Assembly: GCA_965235115.1 (NCBI GenBank)
Contig: OZ249436.1
Span: forward strand, 33,790,001-33,854,000
Reading direction: 5' to 3'
Source of the DNA: Laetmonice hystrix
Lineage: Eukaryota
Length of the DNA stretch: 64,000 bases
Shown: positions 50,481 through 62,270 of the stretch, one piece after another
Layout: the number at the start of each line of letters is the position of its first letter
Position numbering within the stretch: position 1 is the stretch's first letter
Program-made: the position numbers and the translations under genes
The notes under the pieces: generated by a model
What the model was told of the DNA's origin: nothing
The model's database searches: none
What the model saw: the letters and a program-made list of their open reading frames with translations, nothing else

Positions 50481-50559
50481 ATTCTTTCTGCTGCCTCTTG
50501 AGAAAATCCCCTTTCACGGCATCTCGCCCGGACAATCTGAATGCGTGTAGCTGAAACAG

Positions 50560-51330
50560 CTGGTGATTGGGATCGAGCTGTCCCTTTTGGTCCAACAGAT
50601 CCTGCCTCTCTGGTTATTTCCTCGGTCGTTCCAGGAGAAATTGAAAAATGAGGTCAACCCAGACCTGGTTCGGCCACCAAGGAGCAAAGGTAAACTGGTC
50701 AACTGTATTGTGGTGGAAACGCGTAGGCCTGAAATTGGCTCCAGCTGTGGGACAACGCATCCACCGCAATAGCTTGTGGATGTGAGATGGGAGTCATGAA
50801 CAGTAGCAAGTAGTTGCATTCTCTGGAATGGCAAACAAGTTTATTTGAGGTGTTCCCCCAAATGGAACAACTCCCGGACCACTTCTCGATTGAGGGCCCA
50901 ATCTGAAGAGAGGAGGCAGAATTCCCGGGATAAGGCATCGGGCTTGTAGTTTCGGTTGCCTTGTATATATGTGCCACGAGAAGAGCAACCTGGTGATTCC
51001 TGCACCCCAGAGGATCTCCCACGTCAAGTTGAAGAGGGAAACTGACTAACAAATAGTTGACTGCCACTGATAGTCTAAATGCACCTGAATGACTATCTTA
51101 CTTGTCACCAAATGCTGTCACTGTTCTAAGGCTAGTTTTATTGTCAACAGCTCCAAATGACTGATGTGCAGATTTTCTGGTCTGACGTCCATACGCCCCT
51201 GACTTTCAGAATTTGAAGATGAGCTCCCCATCTCCGGCTCAATGCATCGGTAAACACATGCAGGTCTGGAGTCGGATTGCGGAAAGACAACCTTCCCTTA
51301 ATTTGACTATTGCAGCCACCAACTCTCAAT
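50560..51330 (-). pseudogene. DIRS RNase H and DNA N6-adenine methyltransferase-like domain relic
   Basis: LHVFTDALSRRWGAHL...GVW (RNase H); GTPQINLFA and VDALSHSWSQFQAYAFPP (DIRS MT domain); HQLFQLHAFRLSG, a typical ORF end. Multiple frameshifts. Confidence 0.8.
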
Positions 51331-51639
51331 ATTATTAATGATCAGGGAATCGGCCTACGGGTTGGAGATGTGGTCTCCATGTGATTAGCCAGGCAATTTG
51401 GAGAGGCCTCAAATGTAGGCGACCTGACTGCGTTGCCAAACTGCCCGAATTGAGAAACCTTAAATTTGAAGCCACATTCGATCCAGAGCTGTCCTCAGAG
51501 ATAGGAATTTGGGGAAATATATCGCAGTTTCCTGCCCCAGTCCTCCGTCAGAAAAACTTTCATACATGTCATACCCCACTTGAACCCTCGATATAGAAAC
51601 ACCTGGGCGGTGTCAGAGAACATTTGGGTATATTGGCTT

Positions 51640-52215
51640 TCAACCCAATCTTACTAGGTTGCGCATATTTAGAGCCGCTTGATTGAAAGTTGGGCCCAGT
51701 CGGCTTGCCTCAGACGGCAATCGTTGAGGTACTGGTGAAGTAACATGCCCAGCTTGTGACCCAAGGCTCCCACTGGTGCCAACATTTTGTGAAAACACGT
51801 GGGGCTGATGTCAGTCCAAAGGGAAGTACTGCAACTAGTACCCTTTTCTTTGACGTTGCTAGCCGATGCAGGTGATGAGGATAATTGGTACATGCAGAGA
51901 TACGCATCCTGTAAATCGATCGTTATAGTCCAGTTTCCCTTTCGTAAGCTCTGGGCTACTGACCGAACCTTTTCAATGAGAAACGGCTCTTTTACCGGAT
52001 AAATGTTCAATTTCTTCAGACTGAACACAGGTCTCAACCTTCCAGTCTTTAAGGAACTGTGAACACTCCGCAACACCCATCATCTGAGCTGTCTATGAGT
52101 TGTTGCCAACGGAGTTGAGCGTTTGCAGCCGGAGTCCGACTGGCAACCAATCAAAGGCTTCTCCATCCAACCAGGTAATTTCCAAATTTCAGCCTCCAGT
52201 CTCCCGACCTATAGG
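51640..52215 (-). pseudogene. DIRS reverse transcriptase relic
   Basis: KTGRLRPVFSLKKLN, IDLQDAYL, VLPFGLTSAPRVFTK and HQYLND (degenerate YLDD) spread over several frames. Confidence 0.88.
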
Positions 52216-53439
52216 CCTATAAGGGATTCCCCCTATTTCATCTGGGGAGTCGAGATCCCTAGTATCTGCGCCCTCTGGTGGAAGATCCAATCTTCCTGCG
52301 GTGGCCGGCATTTTGAAAGCCGGCTGAGGGCCCACGAAAGGGGCGTCGACCCCTCATTGCTAGGGTTCGACCCCCGTCACCTCTCTGACCTCGAAATCTG
52401 CCTCTCTGAGGGAGGTCAGATCTGAGCCAATATTGCCTTCCCTTGTTAGGATCTGAAACCCGAATTGTACTGGCCACCAACGTACGTTCTCTGCAGATTG
52501 GAAGCTGGCCTGTAAACAAGGTATGGCCTTGTAGAGGAAGCTGTCTCAGAGCATAACCCGAGATGACTCAATATATACAGATTTTCTAAGTGCAGCATAA
52601 TTCGATCGAATGTCGTAAGGCTAGTAGCCCTGAAGTCATCCGCTGCTGGGTCAGTTCGAAATTTCCCTCTTGAACTGCCCCCGTCTGCAGCAATTGCTGA
52701 GGACATTGACAGTCTTGTCTTATTGTCCTGATTCATAAGCGCCTGCCGAGAACTTAAAATCTGAGCTGGCTCTTGAAATTTACTTATTCCGCATCAGGAT
52801 CTAAAGTTGGTCCTGGCCGCGGAGGACCCGCATGTAGCTCATAATCGTTTTTTACGGAGAGCTTTGGAAATGTAGACCTGGATTGGAAATGTTCTCCTTT
52901 GGGCAAGACAGTGGTTCCGGGTCTTTAGTACGAATCTTCTCTCAGAGGAACAGAGAGTTGATTCAGATTGCAGATTAATCTCCCCATATGGCAATTAGGC
53001 AGAGTCAGGTTTAACCTAATCCAAAATACCTAAGTCACAGGTGCCAACAAGCCCACTGGCTTGAGCCGCTCTCAAGCGGAGTTCTGCAACTGCCAGAGCA
53101 TCAAGCCCATCTTTTTGCCTCGGCAAGAGTCGGTCTTCCCGCCCTCGTTTGAGGAGCGGTCGGAATTTTAACCGTGGATGGAGACATGGAAATTCTATCT
53201 TAGCTTGATTTCCGAATTTCTTTTTTTGTAAGTTCATGAGCAGGCAAAGAGGCCTATAGCCATCTCTATCTTAATAGGGAGGCCTAGCGTAATTAGATGG
53301 GCTCATCTTCGCCTGGGAGACCGGAATCGGGACTTTTGATCGAGCATGCAACATTGACACACTGGTAAAGCGGCCCAAATAAACGCCTGGCCGCGGCTCA
53401 CGAGCCTGTGATCAACTGCCCGTGTGCCACTAACGAAGC

Positions 53440-54360
53440 CTGCCAGACGGACCAGCCATAGTAAACCGAGGCTCTCGAGCCCGTGTCCAACTGTCATGTC
53501 CGCAAACGACCCAGCGGCCATTAGAGGTTCTCGAACCCGTGGTCTACTGTTCATCCACTGTTGACCCAGTCCGCTGGACAGACCAGCGTCAAGGTTGTGG
53601 CTCTCGAGCCCGACACTTTTGCAGCGGTCATTTCAGGTTCTCGAACCCGTGGCCTACTATTCGTGTGTCGTTGGCCCAATTCGAAGGATGGACCAGCAAT
53701 TGCATCGGCATACCGAGGCTCTCGAGCCTGTGGCCGACTGCCAGGTCTACAATGGTCATTTCAGGTTCTCGAACCCTTGGCCTAGTGTTCGTGAGTCGTT
53801 GACCGAAACTGCTAGACGGACCAGCAAATGCATCGGCATACCGAGGCTCTCGAGCCCGAGGGCGACTGCCATGTCCGTCAAACGACCCAGCGGCCATTAG
53901 AGGTTCTCAAACCCGTGACCTAACTGTTCGTCTGTCGTTGACCCGGTCCGCTGGACGACCAGCGTCATGGTCGGCCATCTGTGGCTCTCGAGCCCGTGGC
54001 CGACTGCCATGTCATTCAAACGACCCAAGGGCCATTAGAGGTTCTCGAACCCGTGGCCTAACTGTTCGTCTGTCGCTGACCCCGTCTGCTGGACGACCAG
54101 CGTCATGGTCGGCCATCTGTGGCTCTCGAGCCCGTGGCCGACTGCCATGTCCGTCAAACGACCCAAGGGCCATAAGAGGTTCTCGAACCCGTGGCCTAAC
54201 TCTTCGTCTGTCGCTGACCCCGTCTGCTGGACGACCAGCTTCAAGGTCGGCCATCTGTGGCTCTCAAGCCCGTGGTGGCTGATACTTTTGCCTCGTTGAC
54301 CGGGCCCTTCAGACGGGCCCGAGTCGTGGTCGGCCAAGTTCAGGTTCTCGAACCTGTGAC
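53440..54360 (-). repeat. Coding-type tandem array (core unit about 138 bp / 46 aa) in the DIRS gag region
   Basis: About 14 alternating GGCTCTCGAGCCCGTG / GTTCTCGAACCCGTG cores. Period is 138 bp at 53983, 54121 and 54259; the unit translates as QMADHDAGRPADGVSDRRTVRPRVREPLMALGSFDGHGSRPRAREP. Confidence 0.9.
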
Positions 54361-55045
54361 CGATCAACAGACCAAAGTTGCTTAGCTGAACCGTTTGCAA
54401 CGAGCATCAGCTGAAGTGGATATTGACCCTGAAATTTAACAAACATTTCATACTTTTGAACAGGGGAACAATTTCTACAGTTCTCTCTGAACTACCACCA
54501 GTTTCAGAGGGGTTATTACTACGGGCTGTATCTAAGGAGTTAATAAGAACTGGACACCTTTCAACCCGAGATTCCAGAACTAGCGAGTCTTTCTCTGTAG
54601 ATAGGAAGGCTGAGACCTGGACTCTAGTTTATTCCATTTACCCCGGCCCAAACAGAAAAACTTTTCATGGTTGATTAAATCAAAATCACGGCAAAAGACA
54701 CCCTGGACATGATCGTCCCAATAGGACTTTTGTGCTTGTAACTGGCCAAGTTACGAATGCTAAAACACAATGGACACGACTACTGCGAGACCTTAGCAAC
54801 TGGTTGACCTTAGCAACTGCTTGGCAACGGTAAACAAACGTCGTTTGAAGCTGTCAATTCGCAGAGAGTCTAACAAACTCACTGGTTGAGTAATAACCAC
54901 ACCTACCTTAGTACGCATCGTTCTCAGGGAGGTTGAGGTAGATAGGAAAACCTTACCAGAGTGATAATTCTCCTTAACAAATCGTTCCCCAGGCAAGGCA
55001 ATCCCGCGTAGTGCAACACACATGTTCGCTCCTTGCCTGGCGGAA

Positions 55046-55246
55046 CTACAGTGATTGATATTGGGAGTAGGGTCAATGACCTTTGACCCTCAGGGTCAAT
55101 GACCTTTGACCCACCAGAGGGCGCTGGAGTAGTGGCGGTCCACTGACCGCTAGGTGCTGACCACTGATCATTATTTAAATTTTTAATTCCGCCAGAGTGA
55201 ACTCCGTATACAAATTATCTCATTTAGTTATGGTGGTAAGTAATTT
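55046..55246. repeat. DIRS 5' inverted terminal repeat
   Basis: Reverse complement of 48817-49018. Confidence 0.9.
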
Positions 55247-55426
55247 CATCTATGACACCAACAATCATATGTATGGTATCAGATGGCAATAGTGTACCAG
55301 CGTCCAGACATATCATATATATGCACTTCACATTATTAGTTCCATGAACTGGCAAATTTATACTCATTCATTCCTCTCATTTCACAAATCAGCCGGAATT
55401 ATTTGCTAAATGACCTCCAGACTCAC

Positions 55427-55644
55427 CTTTGGCTGCAGTAACTTTGTTCCCATCAGCGAGCTCGAAAAGCTTGATCTCCGACTCAAGGTGAGGGTTCATC
55501 TTGAGAAAGTTTGGTACAAACAATACGACACTGATGTTGTGGGTGGCCAACTGCCGCGCACAATTTACACCCATTGCTCCTTGATAGTGTGGACCGCAAA
55601 GAACCACGACCTGCGGGCGCTGGTGGGCATTCTTTGGTGTCAAC
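55427..55644 (-). CDS. EDC3: EDC3 coding exon 6 (YjeF-N domain)
   Basis: Encodes LTPKNAHQRPQVVVLCGPHYQGAMGVNCARQLATHNISVVLFVPNF. Acceptor CCTAACAG, donor G|GTGAGT. Confidence 0.95.
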
Positions 55645-55682
55645 CTGTTAGGGGGTTCAGCACAAATTAGTAACTATATTAA

Positions 55683-55954
55683 CCCTTTCCAGTCTGGCCC
55701 AGTACCCTGCCAGGGGACTGGGGGATTTTCAGCCAAAAATATTACACAATAAATTCACAGGGGGAAAAAAGACCATAGATTTTGTTTAAGCAAGTTTGAT
55801 GAGTGGAAACATGTTAAAATCATTATTTTGGAAGGCGGTTCACTCCTAACCATTTGACCTTTGACTTTTGACCATTCCAAAAAAAATCATCCTGTATCCC
55901 GTACGGGACACATCCGGTATGATGGTTTGTGATACGGGATACGACTGGAAAGGG
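55683..55954. mobile_element. piggyBac-like MITE in EDC3 intron 5
   Basis: TTAA|CCCTTTCCAGTC...GACTGGAAAGGG|TTAA; perfect 12-bp TIR. Confidence 0.88.
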
Positions 55955-56230
55955 TTAATAATGGCACTTTAAGTTTAAGATCAGATCCACTATCCATTCC
56001 CAAAAGAAATCAACGATTCTATTGCAGCCAACAGCATAACATGTTCATTAATTTACATTGGCAATTCTTATTGATAATACTGACTCAATCCGAATTTTTG
56101 AATGTTTTCTACATGGCCAGTACTGAAACACTGCTATTTCAATTTCAATGCTACGACTAAGAATCTTTTAAAGGTTTTTTTGATTAGTAATTATATCACT
56201 TTAATACTTGCAAACTACACCTAAACCCAC

Positions 56231-56384
56231 CTGTGACTTCCTCCTAGCAGCTGCATCACCATCTCACTGGCAGATCTACCAATCATCTCCATCTGGCGTT
56301 CGGTGCTCAGTCCATGGTCTTCTGCCACCTCAAAGATACGGCGACGCAACTCATATGTCACACTAGGCACCACCAGCCCAGAAT
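56231..56384 (-). CDS. EDC3: EDC3 coding exon 5 (start of YjeF-N domain)
   Basis: Encodes DSGLVVPSVTYELRRRIFEVAEDHGLSTERQMEMIGRSASEMVMQLLGGSHR. Acceptor TCCACAG, donor AG|GTGGGT. Confidence 0.95.
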
Positions 56385-58339
56385 CTGTGGACAAAGTGCC
56401 ATAGCAAATATATGGTGAAAAAAAAAGTTTTAGTAAGTGAGGACTAACTTGATTTGGCCTAATTTTATCTTCCACTTAAATTCTGTTAAGTTGTCTGGAG
56501 GTTCACTATTAAGAAAAGATGCATCTTTACAATACCTACTTTATCAACTTTATTACTTTAACCTATTCAACAAGTCTTGGTATTCAATTCCTATATATGC
56601 CTTTGTCTTCAAGTAATCCGCTCTACACCAGATCATTTACAAACCCATTCCTATTAAACAACCATCAGGTGTCACTGCTGTGCAGGCTAAACTCTATATT
56701 GCAGCACGTGCTGCCACCTAGCGGGACACATCAACCTCAGATCAAATGAGTCCTTTGCTATTATAAATAAATGCTAGCAATGGAAACACTAGATAAATCC
56801 ATTTAAATTACTTGATGTGACATCATAGATGGGGTTTTCCCAGAAGGGTGGACTATTTCAGGCAGACTCAGGAGAAACTTCAGTCACTGTCTTTTGAAAA
56901 CCCTGCCGAGAGTGATAAAGAACAACTTGCGCATGCTGTCTGCCAGCAAGCGAGCAGACTGATCCTGAATCAATCGAGGCTGGGGTTGTTGGCACAATAG
57001 CAGGCCTATGGCCTAGGGCTAGGCTAGAGGCGGCCGGGTGAGGGGGAGAGGGCAGTTCCACTTGTAAAGAGGGTGGACCAGTAGCACACAGACTGACAGA
57101 CAGTATGCGTGTGTCGACGGGTTACTGCAGCCAGCAGGGCCGGCCCTGGGGTGGCACACCCACTGCTAACACTCTGGTCATGTCAAGTCTGTGCTAATGA
57201 TGTCGGTAGGCCTAATTCCTAGCGACTCCTCATCACTCTCGATGGTTTCTGTCTAGGTTCTAACAAACATGGCTGTAAGCTGCCAACATTTCCCTGGAAT
57301 TCATATTCTCTACCTTCTGAATCACTCAACGCTGTATGTGTGTAGGTTTTTAGTTCCTCCCAAACTGCATCCTCCCCCGCTCGGGGTTGAACAAGCAGTT
57401 GATTCATCCCCCTCCCGCCTGCCCGTCTATTCTTAGAAACGCGTTCCTCGCAGCGCCACCTGTTCTGCCGTCTGAGGCCGCGCCATGAGATTACACACTG
57501 CCTGAGGCGCGATTAATAAAAATTAGCGTGCATTTCTGGTTAGCCAATGGGAACGTTCCCACGGTAAAGTTGTTGTTGTCGAAGCGAAGCGTTGTCGAAG
57601 CGAAGCCAACGATAGCAGCAACGGGTAGGCATTTAATCCCGACACTATAGTGACAGTGAGAGGAACAACTTTGAGTTGACAGGGCTGCAAGAACACACAC
57701 TATAACTAACTGTATTGTTAGGGAGCGACACATTTGTTTATCAGCCACCTGGGCAAGGCTATCACTATCAGGCATTTTTGCGAGAAGTAAGCCTTCGGTG
57801 TGGACCGCTTGTGCAGGTGGAGCGCCGATGACAGGTCCTATTAATATTCATAAGGTTGACCTCAGGGTCAACTTCCGCCCGGTTAGCATGGGCTGCGCTC
57901 AAGGGGTAGAATGCAGGATGCGCGATGCCCCTTGACAACTCAAGATGCCCAAACTGGAGAGCAGTTGTGCTGTGATTAGTCAGACACTGTGACGTCAAAT
58001 TAGCAGACACTATGGCGGCATCCACATGCTGAGCAGGCACTAAAATGCTATATCTGAACTGTTTACCACCAATTGTGTTCAAATCTTTTCTAACAAGTTT
58101 GCTTAAAATTTCAGGGCCTGTGTGCCTGGCCATGTATCCACTTAGGAAAGCCTTTTCTTTTAAATATGCACTGGTGTGTGCAGCCTTATGATATTGTTAT
58201 ACTTACCTTCTCACACTTCTCACATTGTACATTCTCACATTTCCAAACCAATTAATGTTGATCAATTTTTTAACTGCACCACCAGACCCTGCTGATTAGA
58301 TAAATTTCAAAACATGGCACATTACAAAAACAAACTTAC

Positions 58340-58675
58340 CTGCAACATATTCTCTACCAGCAGGATGAGGCACAGTGATCTGGCGGTACTCGACGGGGGC
58401 AGAATTAATTACATTCTCATCATACCTGTAGTTGGTTGCTGGTTTGCTACAGGCTTTAACAATCTTTGGGAAACCAGAGTTCTCTATTTCTTCAAACACA
58501 GCTTGCTTGTCAAACAAAGCCAGATTTTTCTCAAAGTCAAAGTCATCAAGGAACGACTTCATTGGCGCACTGAAGGTGGTCTCCTTCAGGGGTCCCCTTC
58601 GCCCAGGACGAGCGACCCCGTTCTCTACCTTCCGTGGTGTGCTGTTCTGTTTACGTCGATCACGGGATTCAGACT
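58340..58675 (-). CDS. EDC3: EDC3 coding exon 4 (FDF motif)
   Basis: Encodes DDFDFEKNLALFDKQAVFEEI...YRYDENV...YRQITVP, the EDC3 FDF domain. Acceptor TTTGTAG, donor G|GTAAGT. Confidence 0.95.
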
Positions 58676-59093
58676 CTACAAACAACCAACAATCCCAGTG
58701 AGCATATATATACGTCAGTCAAAGTACTCAATCGATTGTCGTTTAAGCTAAAAAACATCAAAACAGAAAGAGAGGGGCCTTCTCTCTTTCTGAGGGATCC
58801 CAGCCAATTAAAAACAGATAGCTGCACTCAGCACTCAACGGATCTGCATCGATCTCAGAAATTACAATTTCTGAATGAAAAAAAAAATAGCAGGCAAATG
58901 CGATCCCTGTTTCTTACTCGATAGAATAATAAAGCTGTTAAGTTTTTTTTATACAAATTTCCTCTTATTTAATAACAATTATTACCCCAACACACAAACT
59001 GCTTTTAAAAAGTCAATGATAAATTTCAAGAAATATCTTCTGTTTACTGTTTAAACTCCATCTTTATAAATCAACACCCTGTAGACTCCTCAC

Positions 59094-59290
59094 CAGAATT
59101 TGTCCTCCTCCTCATTTCCCCCTGTTCCCATTTTGTTGGGGTCCCATTTGACCTGTGTTGGTTGGGTGCACTGTTGTCATGGAATCCATTCTGCCCGTGA
59201 AAATAGCCATTCTCCTGTTTGCTTGTGTGTTTGGACGGTGTAAAGGGCCCTTCAGATGGCCCGTTGTGAGACTGATTGGTCGGAGTATGC
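59094..59290 (-). CDS. EDC3: EDC3 coding exon 3 (low-complexity linker)
   Basis: Acceptor TATGCAG|G, open frame HTPTNQSHNGPSEG...RRRTNS, donor TG|GTGAGG. Phases (2 in, 1 out) match both neighbouring exons. Confidence 0.7.
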
Positions 59291-59348
59291 CTGCATAGAC
59301 ACAAGTTTGCCACTTTAGAATCAGTACAGGTACGACCATGAATATTAA

Positions 59349-59505
59349 CCACTTCCCGGCGGATGACGTGTATATACGCATGCATTAAACCTTCCATTCT
59401 AACGGATGACGTATACACAAAAATTTGCATTGAAATACATGTAATTTACAGAATTAACCCGACCAGGGGGTCAGATAATTAAACATTAATCCCGCCGGCA
59501 AGTGG
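59349..59505. mobile_element. piggyBac-like MITE in EDC3 intron 2
   Basis: TTAA|CCACTTCCCGGCGG...CCGCCGGCAAGTGG|TTAA. Confidence 0.85.
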
Positions 59506-59732
59506 TTAAAACTATCAAGACAATTTGAGAGTTTATCTTCAATATTTCCAAAGACAAGCTCATTCCCAATGTAGAGGAACCAAACCCATACAACAACCCA
59601 AAGGAGTCTTTACTTACTATTTTGGTTCACAGTTTTTGCTGCTGACTCTAGGTCTTGATCTATAATGGGCGAATAACCTTTTTAAAGTTACAAATTGATA
59701 TCCATAGTAAAAATATGAAACTGCTCTCTAAC

Positions 59733-59930
59733 CTTTTTGGTTTGGATGGTGACTGAGTGTTTTTTGCAGTGAGGTGTTTGGGTGGTTTCAGTGAAGTAGA
59801 TATTCCAGATGGTGTGGTTTCATCCACTGGGGTCTTCACTTGTCTGGGGGACTTGGCGATGCAAACTACTGGTACCTTCTGTGCACCTGGCTGCGAACTG
59901 ATGATTTTAAGGTCCCGAATATCCATTGCA
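59733..59930 (-). CDS. EDC3: EDC3 coding exon 2 (end of Lsm domain, linker)
   Basis: Acceptor TTTTCAG|T completes Asn, then AMDIRDLKII (cf. human AGDITELKIL). Donor AG|GTTAGA, phase 2 to phase 2. Confidence 0.8.
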
Positions 59931-61049
59931 CTGAAAACATGAAACATTTCAAAATTTATTGCAATCGTATAAGCAAAATATGGGTGATATGCACTCTCCG
60001 GACAGAGATCGTTCAATTCATTCAATCTCTGCCGTTTTAGTGACCCCTGACCTGACCTAGAAATCCCCGACCGGGACAGCCAAACATTGCCGAGCTCGAA
60101 TCGTGGCTGCTCGATTTTGTTGAGGCACTCTTGCTGTTTACTTTTACGGTGCTGACTATCAGAATATGACGCCACACAAACATCTAAATCTTTGGAGAAA
60201 TCATCTGCAGCCGCTTTGTTGAACGGAAGTACCTAGTCGGAAACATCCTAAGTATTCCGAAATTGGCCAACCAACTTGCAACTATAGCTGATTTCCCTCT
60301 GAATATTTTATCAGGTATTTCTCTCGTATGATAAATGTCACTTGGTATAATCTCGGTTTTGGGATTTAGATTGTACGTTAAATTTTACAGATACCATACA
60401 GGACGGCCGACTTTGCAAAAACACGGTTAAACGTGAAGGGGCCCGATTTTGCCTGTAAAAAGTCAGGTGTGGCAGAGGGGTAGTGGAGCGAGCCCCTAGC
60501 TGCATTATGGGAGATTGGGCGATATGGCCTAGTTTATTACAAGGCTCAAAATATATGAAAATATGATCACTGTAACAAAAAAGGCATTATCCCCAGCATT
60601 CTGCACTAAGTTGTCTAAGGCATGATTGAGAGAAAATAACACCAGCGCATTTTTTTAAAGATGGGATTCTTAATGCTTTCATTGCTGAAGCTTACTGTAA
60701 CCCTATTTGCTGGGCCTTTTTCCAAGGAAAAAATGAACACCTTGAGAATCCCTGCCACAAAAAGAAGAGATGATATTCATCAAAATTCTTTTACTAAAAT
60801 TGGTTGTACTAGTCAGGCTACATGAAAAATGCATTTTGATCACTTGAATTTCATGTTTTATTAGGAAAAATTTAGCAGGGCTGGAGCCCCCTTATGTCAT
60901 ATTATGGAACTTTACAATTTTAGCTAACAGAAAGTTCTAAGCTGAAAATTCCATGACTTTTAATGGCCCTGTTCAACTAAAGAATACACAACCCTTGATT
61001 TGGAAACAACCCCTGAAATGAAAGAAATTAAACAAGCATAAATACTTAC

Positions 61050-61216
61050 TTGATGGTAATCAGCGGAACCGGGCATACAATGCCATTACGGAAGCCCTTG
61101 CTGATCGAGATGGACTGCGAGTCCTGGTCAATAGCTGACACATGACCTTGGTACGTGCCCAGCACTTCCCCACAATCAATGGACACCACGCTCCCCACCC
61201 AGTCTGACAGTGGCAT
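61050..61216 (-). CDS. EDC3: EDC3 coding exon 1 (Lsm14-like N-terminal domain)
   Basis: Encodes MPLSDWVGSVVSIDCGEVLGTYQGHVSAIDQDSQSISISKGFRNG, closely resembling the vertebrate EDC3 N-terminus (MATDWLGSIVSINCGDSLGVYQGRVSAVDQ). Acceptor TTTTTCAG lies 6 nt before the ATG; donor AA|GTAAGT is phase 2. Confidence 0.95.
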
Positions 61217-61586
61217 GGTGCTCTGAAAAACACATTCAGGCAAAACAATTTGGTCATGATTCCAGAAAGCAACACTCTACATGATACCAGGGATCGTAAT
61301 TATCAAAAGCAATGGAACAATTTGCTTCCCTCTGGACCTTGCCAGAGCAAACTTACATGTTCCCCCGAGACCATATAGCAGCACCCACAAACCATCTTTT
61401 GCTGGTGAATATATGTGCTATGAACAGGAAATTTAAGGTGAAAAGATCATTTCGCGGGAGTCTCACGCATTTGGACCATATCTCCCGCACTACCGTGAGC
61501 CCAGTGCTTTCTCACGCAAAACTATAGATATTAGAGGCCTACGTCTACCCATTAAATCCACGTTCATTAGGATCTAACTGACTCGA

Positions 61587-62270
61587 ATGAATACCAGTCA
61601 AATCGTCACACGGCCGAACCGTCACAGGTGAAAGTCAAACCGTCACAGTCAGATCGTCACAGGCGGGCGAGTCCCCGGTGGTCAGACCGTCACATCATCA
61701 CTGCCATCCTGTGCCGTGGCCTCGAAGTCTCACCCTCACCCTCGCTATATAATATTAATAGAGTGGGCCCGGCTATACCGCTAGTTATCCTGGCTACATT
61801 GGCCGTTTTAGCCGCGAATATTATGAACTGTCTACCATCGCCCCCCGGTATCACGTCACTGGAGCCCGCCGCGAAATGAGCCCGTCATATAACTTATAAG
61901 CCCCTTGGAGGGCCGCCGAGCCTGCCCGGGGTGAGGGAGGGAGCGGTGGCCGGTCACTTGCCCGCTCGCTTACTCGCTCAAGCTGCCGCGGGACCGCCGG
62001 CCGCTCGCTCGCTGCCGTCCCCCGGCCCCGCCTCAGCCGACGTAGCAGCCCGGCCGGGTAGGGGGTATGGCAGCCCTCGGTTGCTGCCCTGCCTGTGTGA
62101 TGGTTTGACTGGCGTACGCGGCAGCGACCACACGGCCGGCCCCGGGGGCCGGGTCTTGTCCGGGCTCTGGACCCAGGAAGCAAAGTCAAACCGTCACATC
62201 TGCTCAAAACGAAACGGTCAAACCGTCACAGGTGACGGTTTGGCCGTGTGACGGTTTGACTGGTTCCCAC
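61587..62270. mobile_element. Non-autonomous DNA transposon with AAACCGTCAC subterminal repeats and a very GC-rich core
   Basis: Imperfect TIR of about 40 bp (ACCAGTCAAA(T/C)CGTCACACGGCC(G/A)AACCGTCAC); TCGA on both flanks as a possible TSD. Confidence 0.8.

Larger units (their letters stand above)
48775..55262 (-). mobile_element. DIRS1-like tyrosine-recombinase retrotransposon (decayed coding region) in EDC3 intron 6
   Basis: About 200-bp inverted terminal repeats (48817-49018 and 55046-55246) and an internal complementary region (49065-49170) matching both outer termini. GTT trinucleotide at both ends on the minus strand. RT, RNase H, methyltransferase and YR motifs occur in DIRS order. 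Confidence 0.92.

Noticed and set aside
59931-60175. N-terminal part of the 171-aa ORF 59660-60175 treated as EDC3 coding
   Set aside because: EDC3 homology and phase require the acceptor at 59931; the upstream part is intron read-through, possibly TE-derived.
61851-62251. GC-rich ORFs on both strands
   Set aside because: By-product of the extreme GC content inside the TIR-bounded element; low-complexity Arg/Pro/Ala/Gly with no domain.
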